A model generated the notes under the pieces. It had not been told where the DNA came from and did not search any database. It saw nothing but the letters and a program-made list of their open reading frames with translations. DNA of 18,515 bases from Methanobacterium sp. GTDB taxonomy: Archaea; Methanobacteriota; Methanobacteria; Methanobacteriales; Methanobacteriaceae. The stretch covers positions 1-18,515 of the forward strand of contig PMWA01000077.1 of NCBI GenBank assembly GCA_003166335.1. The letters are read 5' to 3'. The stretch's first letter is position 1; every line of letters begins with the position of its first letter. Positions 9,150 to 18,001 of the stretch are shown here, in pieces. The translations under genes and the position numbers were made by a program.

Positions 9150-9905
9150 CTGCTGCTTGAAATAACTGATTTGGCTGTAGAAGTGAATGGAAAAGAAATT
9201 TTGAGTGATATAGATTTATATATTGAAAAGGGAACAACACATGTTCTTTTAGGACCTAATGGCTCTGGGAAAAGTACATTATTTATGAGTATACTAGGAT
9301 TCCCCAAGTATAAAATAACTAATGGAGAAATTATATTTAAAGGTGAAGATATAACCAATTTATCCACCACAGAACGAGTAAAAATGGGCATTGGCGTCAG
9401 TTTCCAGAATCCTCCAGCTATAAGAGGAGTAAAACTCCAAGATCTACTTAAAATTGAACATCATGAAAGCAGTGAAGAACTAAGCCCAGAGATGATAGAA
9501 CTCTCAAACAAACTCAAATTCGACGATAAATTTCTAGAAAGAGATGTAAATCTGGGCTTTTCTGGGGGAGAAGTTAAAAGATCAGAAATATTACAGCTTC
9601 TAGCACAACAACCCGACTTCATTATGTTTGATGAACCTGATTCAGGAGTGGACATTGAAAACGTGGAACTTCTGGCTGAAGAAGTAAACACCTTACTAGA
9701 TAAAGAGAAAAAACCAGGATTAAGAGAAAAATCTGGACTTTTAATAACTCATCTCGGCTATATACTCAATTTTGTAGGAGCAGACACCGCCCATGTACTT
9801 ATGGATGGCAAAATAGCCTGTTCAGGAAATCCTGAAGAAATTTTAGAAGACATTAGAAAAGAAGGATTTAAAGGATGTGTTGAATGTTGCAATCTGATAC
9901 ACTGA
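9150..9905 (+). CDS. sufC: Fe-S cluster assembly ABC ATPase SufC (SmsC-type); start uncertain (CTG9150 vs ATG9114)
   Basis: Walker A GPNGSGKS, Q-loop FQNPP, signature FSGGEVKR, Walker B FDEPDSGVD, ITH, and C-terminal IACSG...GCVECC. Confidence 0.92.
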   Translation: MLLEITDLAVEVNGKEILSDIDLYIEKGTTHVLLGPNGSGKSTLFMSILGFPKYKITNGEIIFKGEDITNLSTTERVKMGIGVSFQNPPAIRGVKLQDLLKIEHHESSEELSPEMIELSNKLKFDDKFLERDVNLGFSGGEVKRSEILQLLAQQPDFIMFDEPDSGVDIENVELLAEEVNTLLDKEKKPGLREKSGLLITHLGYILNFVGADTAHVLMDGKIACSGNPEEILEDIRKEGFKGCVECCNLIH

Positions 9906-11110
9906 AAAAACGGGCTGAAAAAGCTAAAAAGAAGAAAGCTGCACTGGGCAAAGATATAGAATTGGATAAATTTGAATCCGAAGAAGCTGGCGAATATGAA
10001 AAGATGGAATCGCTAGAGGAACTCCCGGAAAAATATAAAAAAGATATTCTCCAGGTAGGAGTCCAACCTACAGGAACTGGACGAGCAGGTTCTTTCTTAC
10101 AAATTGACCAATCCGGAGTGTGTAGCAACTGCAATACAGAATCCATAGAACTCATGAATATGAAAGATGCTCTTGAAAAGTATGATTGGGTAAATGATTA
10201 TATGTGGAAGGCTGTGGCGATAGATACTGATAAATACACTGCAGAAACAGCTTTAAGAGAGTCAGGTGGTTATTTCATAAGGTCTTTGCCTGGTTCGAAG
10301 GAAATATTCCCAATTCAGGCTTGTATGTTTATTGGCGGTTCAAACGTTGCTCAAACTGTACATAATGTTATAATTGCTGAAGAAAATAGTGAATTGCACA
10401 TCATAACCGGTTGTGCAACCGGATCAGATATTCAAAGAGCACTACATGTCGGAGTATCAGAATTTTACCTCAAAAAAGGTGCAAAGATCACATTCACAAT
10501 GGTCCACAATTGGGCAGAGGAAGTAGAAGTCCGTCCCCGTACCGGAATTATTATGGGAGATGATTCAACTTATATTAGTAACTACATTCTTACCAGCCCA
10601 GTTAAGACTATTCAAACTTATCCTACTGCTTATTGTCAGGGAAAAAACTCACGGGCAGTATTCCAATCCATATTAGGTGGACAGAAAGAGTCTTTATTAG
10701 ATTGTGGTTCTAGAGCTATTCTCACTGGTAAAAATTCTAGTTCAGAGATGATTACCCGGGCTGTTTCCAAGGATAAATCCCAAATATACACTCGGGGACA
10801 TTTAGCAGGCAAATCTCCAGATGTTAAAGGACATTTAGAGTGTATGGGATTAGTTTTATCTAATGATTCATTGATCTACTCTGTTCCAGAGCTTGAAGGA
10901 AGTTCAAAGGATCTAGAATTATCCCACGAGGCAGCTGTGGGTAAAATAGCCGAAGAAGAAGTTTTATATCTCATGTCCCGTGGTTTAACTGAAGATGAAG
11001 CAGCAAGCATGATTGTAAGGGGCTTCCTAAGCCTGGATATCACTGGACTGCCACCTGAACTCGCTGCTGAAACCAAAAGAATGCTAGACTTGAGTTTACA
11101 AGGTATGTAA
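9884..11110 (+). CDS. sufB: Fe-S cluster assembly scaffold SufB/SufD-family protein (SmsB-type)
   Basis: Motifs PIQAC, HNVIIAEENSELHIITGC, GHLECMGL and PELE...LSHEAAVGKIAEEEVLYLMSRGL; overlaps the sufC 3' end by 22 nt. Confidence 0.92.
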   Translation: MLQSDTLKKRAEKAKKKKAALGKDIELDKFESEEAGEYEKMESLEELPEKYKKDILQVGVQPTGTGRAGSFLQIDQSGVCSNCNTESIELMNMKDALEKYDWVNDYMWKAVAIDTDKYTAETALRESGGYFIRSLPGSKEIFPIQACMFIGGSNVAQTVHNVIIAEENSELHIITGCATGSDIQRALHVGVSEFYLKKGAKITFTMVHNWAEEVEVRPRTGIIMGDDSTYISNYILTSPVKTIQTYPTAYCQGKNSRAVFQSILGGQKESLLDCGSRAILTGKNSSSEMITRAVSKDKSQIYTRGHLAGKSPDVKGHLECMGLVLSNDSLIYSVPELEGSSKDLELSHEAAVGKIAEEEVLYLMSRGLTEDEAASMIVRGFLSLDITGLPPELAAETKRMLDLSLQGM

Positions 11111-11132
11111 AAAATTAGACTAATATTAATAT

Positions 11133-11162
11133 TTTTTTTAGCATTCTAATAATTTTTTTTTT
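11133..11162 (+). terminator. T-rich terminator region after sufB
   Basis: T7 and T10 tracts follow the sufB stop in a convergent intergenic region. Confidence 0.45.
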
Positions 11163-11241
11163 AATTTTAGAATAAATTTTTTGTTAAAAAAAATTTTTTA
11201 AATAAACAAATGTAGTGGGAATAAATATTTTTAATAGATAT

Positions 11242-11514
11242 TTATTCTGAAATTATTATGAATTCACCTACTTTTTCCACTTTTCCAAATGGAACAAGTA
11301 AGTTATCTCCTTTTTTCTTAGCACCTTTAACATTTACATTTCGTCCTTTATCCACTTTTATGACTACGTCAGTTATTTTACCTGTTTTTCCATTTATTAT
11401 TAGTTCCTCTAACTCTCCTAATATGCGTGCATTATTGGTAGCCACCTGATATCCTTTAATTTCACTCCAAACTTTTTCTTCCCCTTTTATTAATTTCCTC
11501 TCTTCCACAACCAT
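11242..11514 (-). CDS. PRC-barrel domain protein
   Basis: IKGYQVATNNARILGELEELIINGKTGKITDVVI...LLVPFGKVEKVGEFIII is a typical PRC-barrel pattern; SD GGGTGA upstream. Confidence 0.85.
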   Translation of the reverse strand: MVVEERKLIKGEEKVWSEIKGYQVATNNARILGELEELIINGKTGKITDVVIKVDKGRNVNVKGAKKKGDNLLVPFGKVEKVGEFIIISE

Positions 11515-11534
11515 ATTTTATCACCCTTAATTTT

Positions 11535-12125
11535 TCACGAGTTACTTGAAAGATGTTCTTCTAGGAATTTTATGTCATCTTGACTATTAATATTTAAAGC
11601 CAATTCAATTTCATTAATTAAAAGAACTTCCTCATCTTGTTGCTTGTTTATACTCCTCAAAATATTTAAACCTGATGGTATTATGCTCTTCAATTGCCAA
11701 GATGGTTTCAAATTATATGTTCTATATAATTCTGGATGAACTGCAACACAAAGGGCATCTTTACCACAATTTTCATACTTTTGTATAACTTGATCTAAGG
11801 TAGAACTTTTTATTAATGGTAAATCTGCAGTAATTGTTAGTAAAACGTGTTCTGAATTGAATTTTGAGATTATAAACCTCAAATCTGATATGTATCCCTC
11901 TCCGGGAGTTCTAATTATTTTTATACCCTTATTTTTTATGTATTCCTCGGTTTTAGGAGTGTATTTGGTAGTTGCAACTATAATGCTATCTATTTTTTCT
12001 GCACCATAACATGCCTGGATGACACTTTCTATCATGGGCTTACCGTTGATCAGGATAAGAGGTTTTTCTAGTTGGGATTTCATTCTGGTGCCTTTCCCAC
12101 CAGCCATTATCAAGGCAATTATCAT
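11535..12125 (-). CDS. cobY: GTP:adenosylcobinamide-phosphate guanylyltransferase (CobY-like NTP transferase)
   Basis: MAGGKGTRM...EKPLI...GKPMI, TPGEGYISDL, ADLPLI, PSGLNI and ALNINS match the archaeal CobY pattern; 196 aa. Confidence 0.8.
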   Translation of the reverse strand: MIIALIMAGGKGTRMKSQLEKPLILINGKPMIESVIQACYGAEKIDSIIVATTKYTPKTEEYIKNKGIKIIRTPGEGYISDLRFIISKFNSEHVLLTITADLPLIKSSTLDQVIQKYENCGKDALCVAVHPELYRTYNLKPSWQLKSIIPSGLNILRSINKQQDEEVLLINEIELALNINSQDDIKFLEEHLSSNS

Positions 12126-12272
12126 TTAAGGTATCTCCATAAATTAGAGAAAAAATAAATGTTTTAAAGCAAATTTAATATAAATTTTTATAAATCATGT
12201 AATTATAAGAATCCCAATATACATTTTTTTTCGAAAACTTAATTTTTATTTTTTATTATACTTTATTTTGGA

Positions 12273-13754
12273 TTAATGGTTAATTTTGTTCTGTTGCAGT
12301 CTTCTTCGCTGACCTAATATGCAAGCACCTCCCCTTAAACCTCCTAATGGAATTTTAGGAGTACCCATAGAGTTCATGCACCGTGCCATTACAGCTGCAC
12401 CCAATGCTAGTGCATCTGATACAAAAATAGTTTCTTTGAAGTAACTTTTAGTATGATCTAAAATTAAGTTAGGCTTTCTGCCGGTTATACCTGCCCTACC
12501 AGTCACTCCCAATACTGAACCTTCTTCAATTACTCCTTCATCTAATGCTTCTTCTACTAACCGTTTCACTATCAAAGCACTTACATGATCCAAAGTAGCG
12601 AATAAAGTATGTATACCCGATTCCGAGAATATTTCATTACCAATTTTAACGAGCTGAGGAATCTGATCACCATTAATCCCTATATCACATCCTATAAGCG
12701 TGGTACCAGCATCATAAGCTGCTACAGGATCAACAGGTACTGTTCCAAATCTATCCCTTCCTTCTGGAACTTTTCTGATATCCACATATTCATGAACCTT
12801 TTCTGCATAGGATTTAGCCGCCTTCCAATCTGCATTTTTTAGTACATCCTTTGTATAAAGATCCAATGCAGCTCCACCTCTTTTATCCACTTTTTCAGTT
12901 CCACGAATTATAGCATCTGATACAGCTCCTGCCAAACCACAGAAGTTTCCAACTGTACGAGCATAAGGCTCTTCAGCATTAGTTATTCGACCTGCTAAAG
13001 TAGTTCCAAAGTCCATGGAAACCACCGGATTGCGATAATCAATATTAGTCCACTTAGCGCCTGCCTTAATACCTGCAGTAACTAATTCACCCTCCATTTC
13101 ATTAGCAACCACCACCTTTCCCGTAGGAGGAACCACGCTAACCACAGCTCCGTCAAACATCACCTGATCAATAAGTGTGTAGCCTCTTAAACGTTCAGGG
13201 AAGTTTTCAATAGACATTGCTGGAGACATTTTACGAGGTGGTATACCAGCTTCCAAACAACCATTTGCTAAAGCTATTATAAGATCTCCCACCTCTTTTG
13301 GAGAAGCAAATCCTGCTGTCACACCGGTTGAGCGCACCACGAAATCAAGATCTTCATCTATATTTATTTTAGACCTTTTAACAGATTCTAGGATAGTATC
13401 CTTCACCATTTCTGAGACGGATTCTTTAGTGAGTTCAACCTCCCAAACTGTCTCACCAAAGATTTTCTCTCCCTTTTTAGGTGGTCTTATGTCTCGTGTC
13501 ATCTTCACGGTTTTATCAAGAAGATAAGTGTGACTATTTTTAAGATTTGTTGCGGTTAAAATACATTTAGTAGTGGTATTTCCTAATTCCACTGATGCTA
13601 CAATGTAATAAACATCAGGATCTGCGGATGTTCCTGCTCCTACTTTTTTTTTCACACTATAAGGGTTTGATTTCACATCTTCGATGGTTAAGTACTTACT
13701 TTTTGCGATAGTTGGTTTGGGACTTCTACTTAATATTCTCCTAAATGGTGACAA
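12273..13754 (-). CDS. Methanogenesis marker protein 14 (DUF2114-like), ASKHA-fold ATPase-like
   Basis: Motifs YYIVASVELGNTTTKC, DFVVRSTGVTAGF, NEMEGELVTAGIK, SMDFGTTLAGR and GAAVMARCMNSMGTP. It lies directly downstream of mtrH; TTG start with an AGGGGGT SD. Confidence 0.85.
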   Translation of the reverse strand: MSPFRRILSRSPKPTIAKSKYLTIEDVKSNPYSVKKKVGAGTSADPDVYYIVASVELGNTTTKCILTATNLKNSHTYLLDKTVKMTRDIRPPKKGEKIFGETVWEVELTKESVSEMVKDTILESVKRSKINIDEDLDFVVRSTGVTAGFASPKEVGDLIIALANGCLEAGIPPRKMSPAMSIENFPERLRGYTLIDQVMFDGAVVSVVPPTGKVVVANEMEGELVTAGIKAGAKWTNIDYRNPVVSMDFGTTLAGRITNAEEPYARTVGNFCGLAGAVSDAIIRGTEKVDKRGGAALDLYTKDVLKNADWKAAKSYAEKVHEYVDIRKVPEGRDRFGTVPVDPVAAYDAGTTLIGCDIGINGDQIPQLVKIGNEIFSESGIHTLFATLDHVSALIVKRLVEEALDEGVIEEGSVLGVTGRAGITGRKPNLILDHTKSYFKETIFVSDALALGAAVMARCMNSMGTPKIPLGGLRGGACILGQRRRLQQNKINH

Positions 13755-13866
13755 AAAGAATACCCCCTAGAATTCATGTAAAAATGTTAATCAAAAGGAA
13801 AATATATATCTATTGTGAATTTTAGTAATTGAAAAATTAAAAATTATTATAATATTTTCTAGACTT

Positions 13867-13907
13867 AAAAAAAGAATAATATAGATTGATTTTTTACATC
13901 AATCTAT
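13867..13907 (-). terminator. Hairpin plus T-tract terminator of the mtr operon
   Basis: Perfect 10-bp inverted repeat ATAGATTGAT(13881-13890)-N7-ATCAATCTAT(13898-13907), starting 14 nt after the mtrH stop and followed by T7 on the minus strand (13867-13873). Confidence 0.7.
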
Positions 13908-13920
13908 TTTGTTTTTTGAT

Positions 13921-14874
13921 TTAAAGCAGTTTGAAGAATGGGTGTTCATCTATTGGTACTGTTCCAATATCTTTTGCTGCTTCGGCCATGAAGATGTCAC
14001 ACATAGCGCAGGCAGGGAATGCCATCTGAGCGTTTTCGATAGGTCCTATAAGAACAAAGTCTCCTCCAGCCATCAGCATGATAAGGTTTGATCCTACGTC
14101 AGCTACTGGCCAGGCTTCTGGGTGTCCCATTCCACCTTTTTCCACAGATTTTTTGTAGTTTCTCATCCAGTCCCATGCAGATGGTACATTGTGTATACCT
14201 GCTCCTGATGGATAACCCCATTTACTTTTTTGCATGAAAGATGTTCTGACTGCCGGACCTGCTCCCTGACCTAATGGTGTTACAGCCACATCCATAAGTG
14301 GCTTGTCTATACCGGACTCTACAGACATTTCTAACAGCCCTTTGTCTAAAACACTTCCACCATTCTCCCATATATCCATTTTACCTTGAGACGTCATATC
14401 CATAGCATTAAATCCTAAAACGATAGATGCGGTTAGATCTGTTTCTCCCACAGCTACTATCTCTGCTGCATCTGCAGCCATGTTTATGGAATTGTAGATT
14501 GCTCTGTCAGCCAGTCCTACTTCAGTAGCGTAATTTGCACCGGCTAACCTTGCTTCAGCTGATGTTGAATCTATCAAGAAGGGATAGTCTGAATGTTCGC
14601 CTACAAATTCTAGATATTTAACTATAGCCTCTGGTGTTTGTCCAAAGGTATGCACATAGTGTGGGTTACCGGTTGTATCTGACATTTCTTCCTGCACTTT
14701 CATTAGGGATTGTGCTGCTTCTTTGTCGAATACTCCAGCCTTTTCATCTTCTATTATTTTGTGTCCACCATAAAATATGGTTCCTGCTAAAACAGTTGGA
14801 TATTCTCCTGGCTGTCCACCACATTTAACGCCAGCTATATCTAATACAACTTGTTCTTTGTCAAATCTAAACAT
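13921..14874 (-). CDS. mtrH: N5-methyl-H4MPT:CoM methyltransferase subunit H
   Basis: Motifs MFRFDKEQ, GGQPGEYPTVLAGTIFYGGH, FLIDST, IYNSIN, GIHNVPSAWDW and GPIENA. Confidence 0.97.
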   Translation of the reverse strand: MFRFDKEQVVLDIAGVKCGGQPGEYPTVLAGTIFYGGHKIIEDEKAGVFDKEAAQSLMKVQEEMSDTTGNPHYVHTFGQTPEAIVKYLEFVGEHSDYPFLIDSTSAEARLAGANYATEVGLADRAIYNSINMAADAAEIVAVGETDLTASIVLGFNAMDMTSQGKMDIWENGGSVLDKGLLEMSVESGIDKPLMDVAVTPLGQGAGPAVRTSFMQKSKWGYPSGAGIHNVPSAWDWMRNYKKSVEKGGMGHPEAWPVADVGSNLIMLMAGGDFVLIGPIENAQMAFPACAMCDIFMAEAAKDIGTVPIDEHPFFKLL

Positions 14875-14892
14875 AATGATAAACCTCCTAAA

Positions 14893-15144
14893 TTAAACTC
14901 CGCTTAAGGCTGTTAAGACTGCTCCTATCTTAACCACTTTGAATACCACAAAGAGGATTATGAGTCCTATTATTATTCCATATAAAATACCAATATCTCT
15001 TCCTATTTGTTGACCCATTCTCTGATTGACTTCACCCCATGTGAATTCAACTTTATCTTCCATGATATCTAATCTTTCATTAGCTTTGTTGAACTCATCA
15101 CCTGGGACAATAACTTGAGGTATAATGTTTTCATCATCTGCCAT
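14893..15144 (-). CDS. mtrG: Mtr subunit G
   Basis: [11 protein letters not shown]...[33 protein letters not shown] plus a TM helix. The likely start is ATG15144, overlapping the mtrF stop (TAATG), not 15171. Confidence 0.93.
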   Translation of the reverse strand: MADDENIIPQVIVPGDEFNKANERLDIMEDKVEFTWGEVNQRMGQQIGRDIGILYGIIIGLIILFVVFKVVKIGAVLTALSGV

Positions 15145-15350
15145 TATAACTGGCCCCCATATATTACCCAAATTGCTGGAATAAGAATTAATACAACTGC
15201 TAATATAAAGCCTATACTAATTCCATATATACGGGTGGTTACAAGACCCATAAATAATCTTAGATCTCTGCCCATTATCGCAGTTCGATAAGTTACATCG
15301 TTTGCTACTTTTTCCATCCCTCTGAGGTTAGGTTTATTTGATACTTTCAT
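15144..15350 (-). CDS. mtrF: Mtr subunit F
   Basis: SNKPNLRGM...[19 protein letters not shown]...RIYG plus a TM helix; expected position between mtrA and mtrG. Confidence 0.92.
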   Translation of the reverse strand: MKVSNKPNLRGMEKVANDVTYRTAIMGRDLRLFMGLVTTRIYGISIGFILAVVLILIPAIWVIYGGQL

Positions 15351-15364
15351 ATTTAAACCTCCAT

Positions 15365-16093
15365 TTATATACCATTCAAGAGCAGTAAGGTTCCGACAAC
15401 CAAAGTAAAGGCTAATCCAACCATAATTCCTTGAACTTTTCCAGTGTACATACCTGCGAATATTCTCTGTAAAGAAGCGGTTGCTTTAACTTGGGTTTGG
15501 ATATTACGCATTCTAGCTTCAATTAAAGCCGTCTCAGCAGTCACAGGTACTATTGCATCAGCTTCTTCCTGCTCTCCACCACCCTCCTCTACTTTGATGA
15601 CCATTGCTTCTTCTTCAAAAGCACCGGGATCCTTTTCAACACATTCTTTAATTTTTGCTTGTATAGATGGAGCGTCTTCTACATCTATTATACTGACTAA
15701 TTCTAATTGTTGTTGGAATCTCTCAATACCTTCATCCGGTATATTTTCTATGTAGGGTATAGCTCCCTTAGCTTTTACGATACTTCGTTTTTCAGGGTCA
15801 ACCCCATTGGCGTGTAGTGCTTGTATACTCTGACCTGTAATATGTCCCTGCACCTCTGATCCACATAAGACGAGGAATCGTATATTGGGATTAGATATCA
15901 GGTTAGCCATCATTTTCTCTATACCGAGATTTTCTGTCTTACAAGGACCTGCTATAGCAGCACCTGCATCCAATGGTATCTGTTCTATATGAGACGCCAA
16001 GGTCGCAGCTGCCACAGGACTTTCAGGGTCACCGACCACATAGTCCCCACTAATAACCGGCCATCCCTCTGCTGGTGATTTTTTTTCTGCCAT
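15365..16093 (-). CDS. mtrA: Mtr subunit A (corrinoid-binding)
   Basis: Motifs [28 protein letters not shown] and [10 protein letters not shown] (corrinoid His ligand); C-terminal TM anchor. Confidence 0.97.
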   Translation of the reverse strand: MAEKKSPAEGWPVISGDYVVGDPESPVAAATLASHIEQIPLDAGAAIAGPCKTENLGIEKMMANLISNPNIRFLVLCGSEVQGHITGQSIQALHANGVDPEKRSIVKAKGAIPYIENIPDEGIERFQQQLELVSIIDVEDAPSIQAKIKECVEKDPGAFEEEAMVIKVEEGGGEQEEADAIVPVTAETALIEARMRNIQTQVKATASLQRIFAGMYTGKVQGIMVGLAFTLVVGTLLLLNGI

Positions 16094-16106
16094 TTTCTAA
16101 CACCTC

Positions 16107-16409
16107 CTAAAAGAATAGAGCCACCATTATAACCATCCCTATTATGAATCCATAAACCATGTTGGTCAAGGTACCAGCTTGCATATAAACTCCTTCTCGT
16201 CCTGGGAAGGAATTATGCGGTTGACTGGTTGGATCCAATGAGTTATATAAATCGTCTATTCCAATCTCTAATTGATCTAGTTGTCTATTTACTCCATCTA
16301 GTGATAATATTACAACACCTTCCATAGCAGCTCCTAGAATACCTGTAGAAGGGTTAAGGGTTAAATTTGATTCAGGAGCAATTACTATTAAAGGTAACAT
16401 TTCTGCCAT
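16107..16409 (-). CDS. mtrB: Mtr subunit B
   Basis: MAEMLPL...[27 protein letters not shown] plus a TM helix. Confidence 0.94.
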   Translation of the reverse strand: MAEMLPLIVIAPESNLTLNPSTGILGAAMEGVVILSLDGVNRQLDQLEIGIDDLYNSLDPTSQPHNSFPGREGVYMQAGTLTNMVYGFIIGMVIMVALFF

Positions 16410-16411
16410 TT

Positions 16412-17253
16412 TTATGCCTCCTTAATCTCCTTAACTTCCTTATCAAAATCCTCGCCCTCCTCATGAGGCCACCAGCCAGTCCATTTGACCAGTGCTGCTT
16501 CGTCTTTTGATGCCTGTATAAATGAGGTAATTGATACGAACCATCCTATAGCTCCAACTATAGCTATCACATACCATGCACTGCTAAATGGCATTGCAAT
16601 AACGCCTGTTATTGCCATGGCGATGAAAGCTGTGCTGAAAGCTAATTTTAAAGTTCGGGTTCTATTTTCATTTGGACCTAAACAGGCGTTAAATGGATGT
16701 TGTATGGCCATAGTGTTCAGGATGAAAAATAGTGCGATGTATCCCGGGATGATTACACTGTGTAATATGTTTGGCATAGCGTAGGAGCCGGCGATAGCTG
16801 CTGAAAATCCGAGTACAGATATTGCGGCTGCACCTGCGAGTTCTATTGTGCAACGCATTAAGATTGGTATTTTCATCTTTAATACTGTAAGCCCTAATCC
16901 AGCCACTATTGCACCTACAATCATGGCCAGTACAACTCCCAGTACAGGTCCAATCCAAGTATAGCTTGTTCCAAGATAAACAGCTACTGATAATCCAGAT
17001 AAAGCACCAACTAAACTAAATGCCAGTGACATGTATCCAATGGAAGGTACACCTGTACCTAAACCGTAACTAGCTACACGAGCTATTGCATCAGCACCCC
17101 AAACTATACCACATACTGCTCCTAATGCTGCAAGAAGGGGGCCAATTATCGGATTAATTGGAGTGAGGTATATACCTATAAGTCCTCCCACTATTCCCAG
17201 AGCTAAAGGTTTTCTCTTATCTACAGAGTTGGGTCCTCTACCATTTTCAGACA

Positions 17254-17254
<1 letters not shown>
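16412..17254 (-). CDS. mtrC: Mtr subunit C
   Basis: Motifs [27 protein letters not shown] and [15 protein letters not shown]; polytopic membrane protein. Confidence 0.96.
16417..16443 (-). repeat. Three tandem 9-nt imperfect repeats (minus strand ATAAGGAAG TTAAGGAGA TTAAGGAGG) at the mtrC 3' end
   Basis: Read directly from the sequence. They encode KEV-KEI-KEA, and the last copy contains the mtrB Shine-Dalgarno site. Confidence 0.6.
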
Positions 17255-17985
<731 letters not shown>

Positions 17986-18001
17986 TGTGTTAACCTCCTA
18001 T

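Noticed and set aside
15145..15171. N-terminal extension of MtrG (MGNIWGPVI) given by the ORF track, or an mtrF-mtrG fusion
   Set aside because: ATG15144 overlaps the mtrF stop (TAATG) and gives a normal MtrG N-terminus; the two genes are in different frames.
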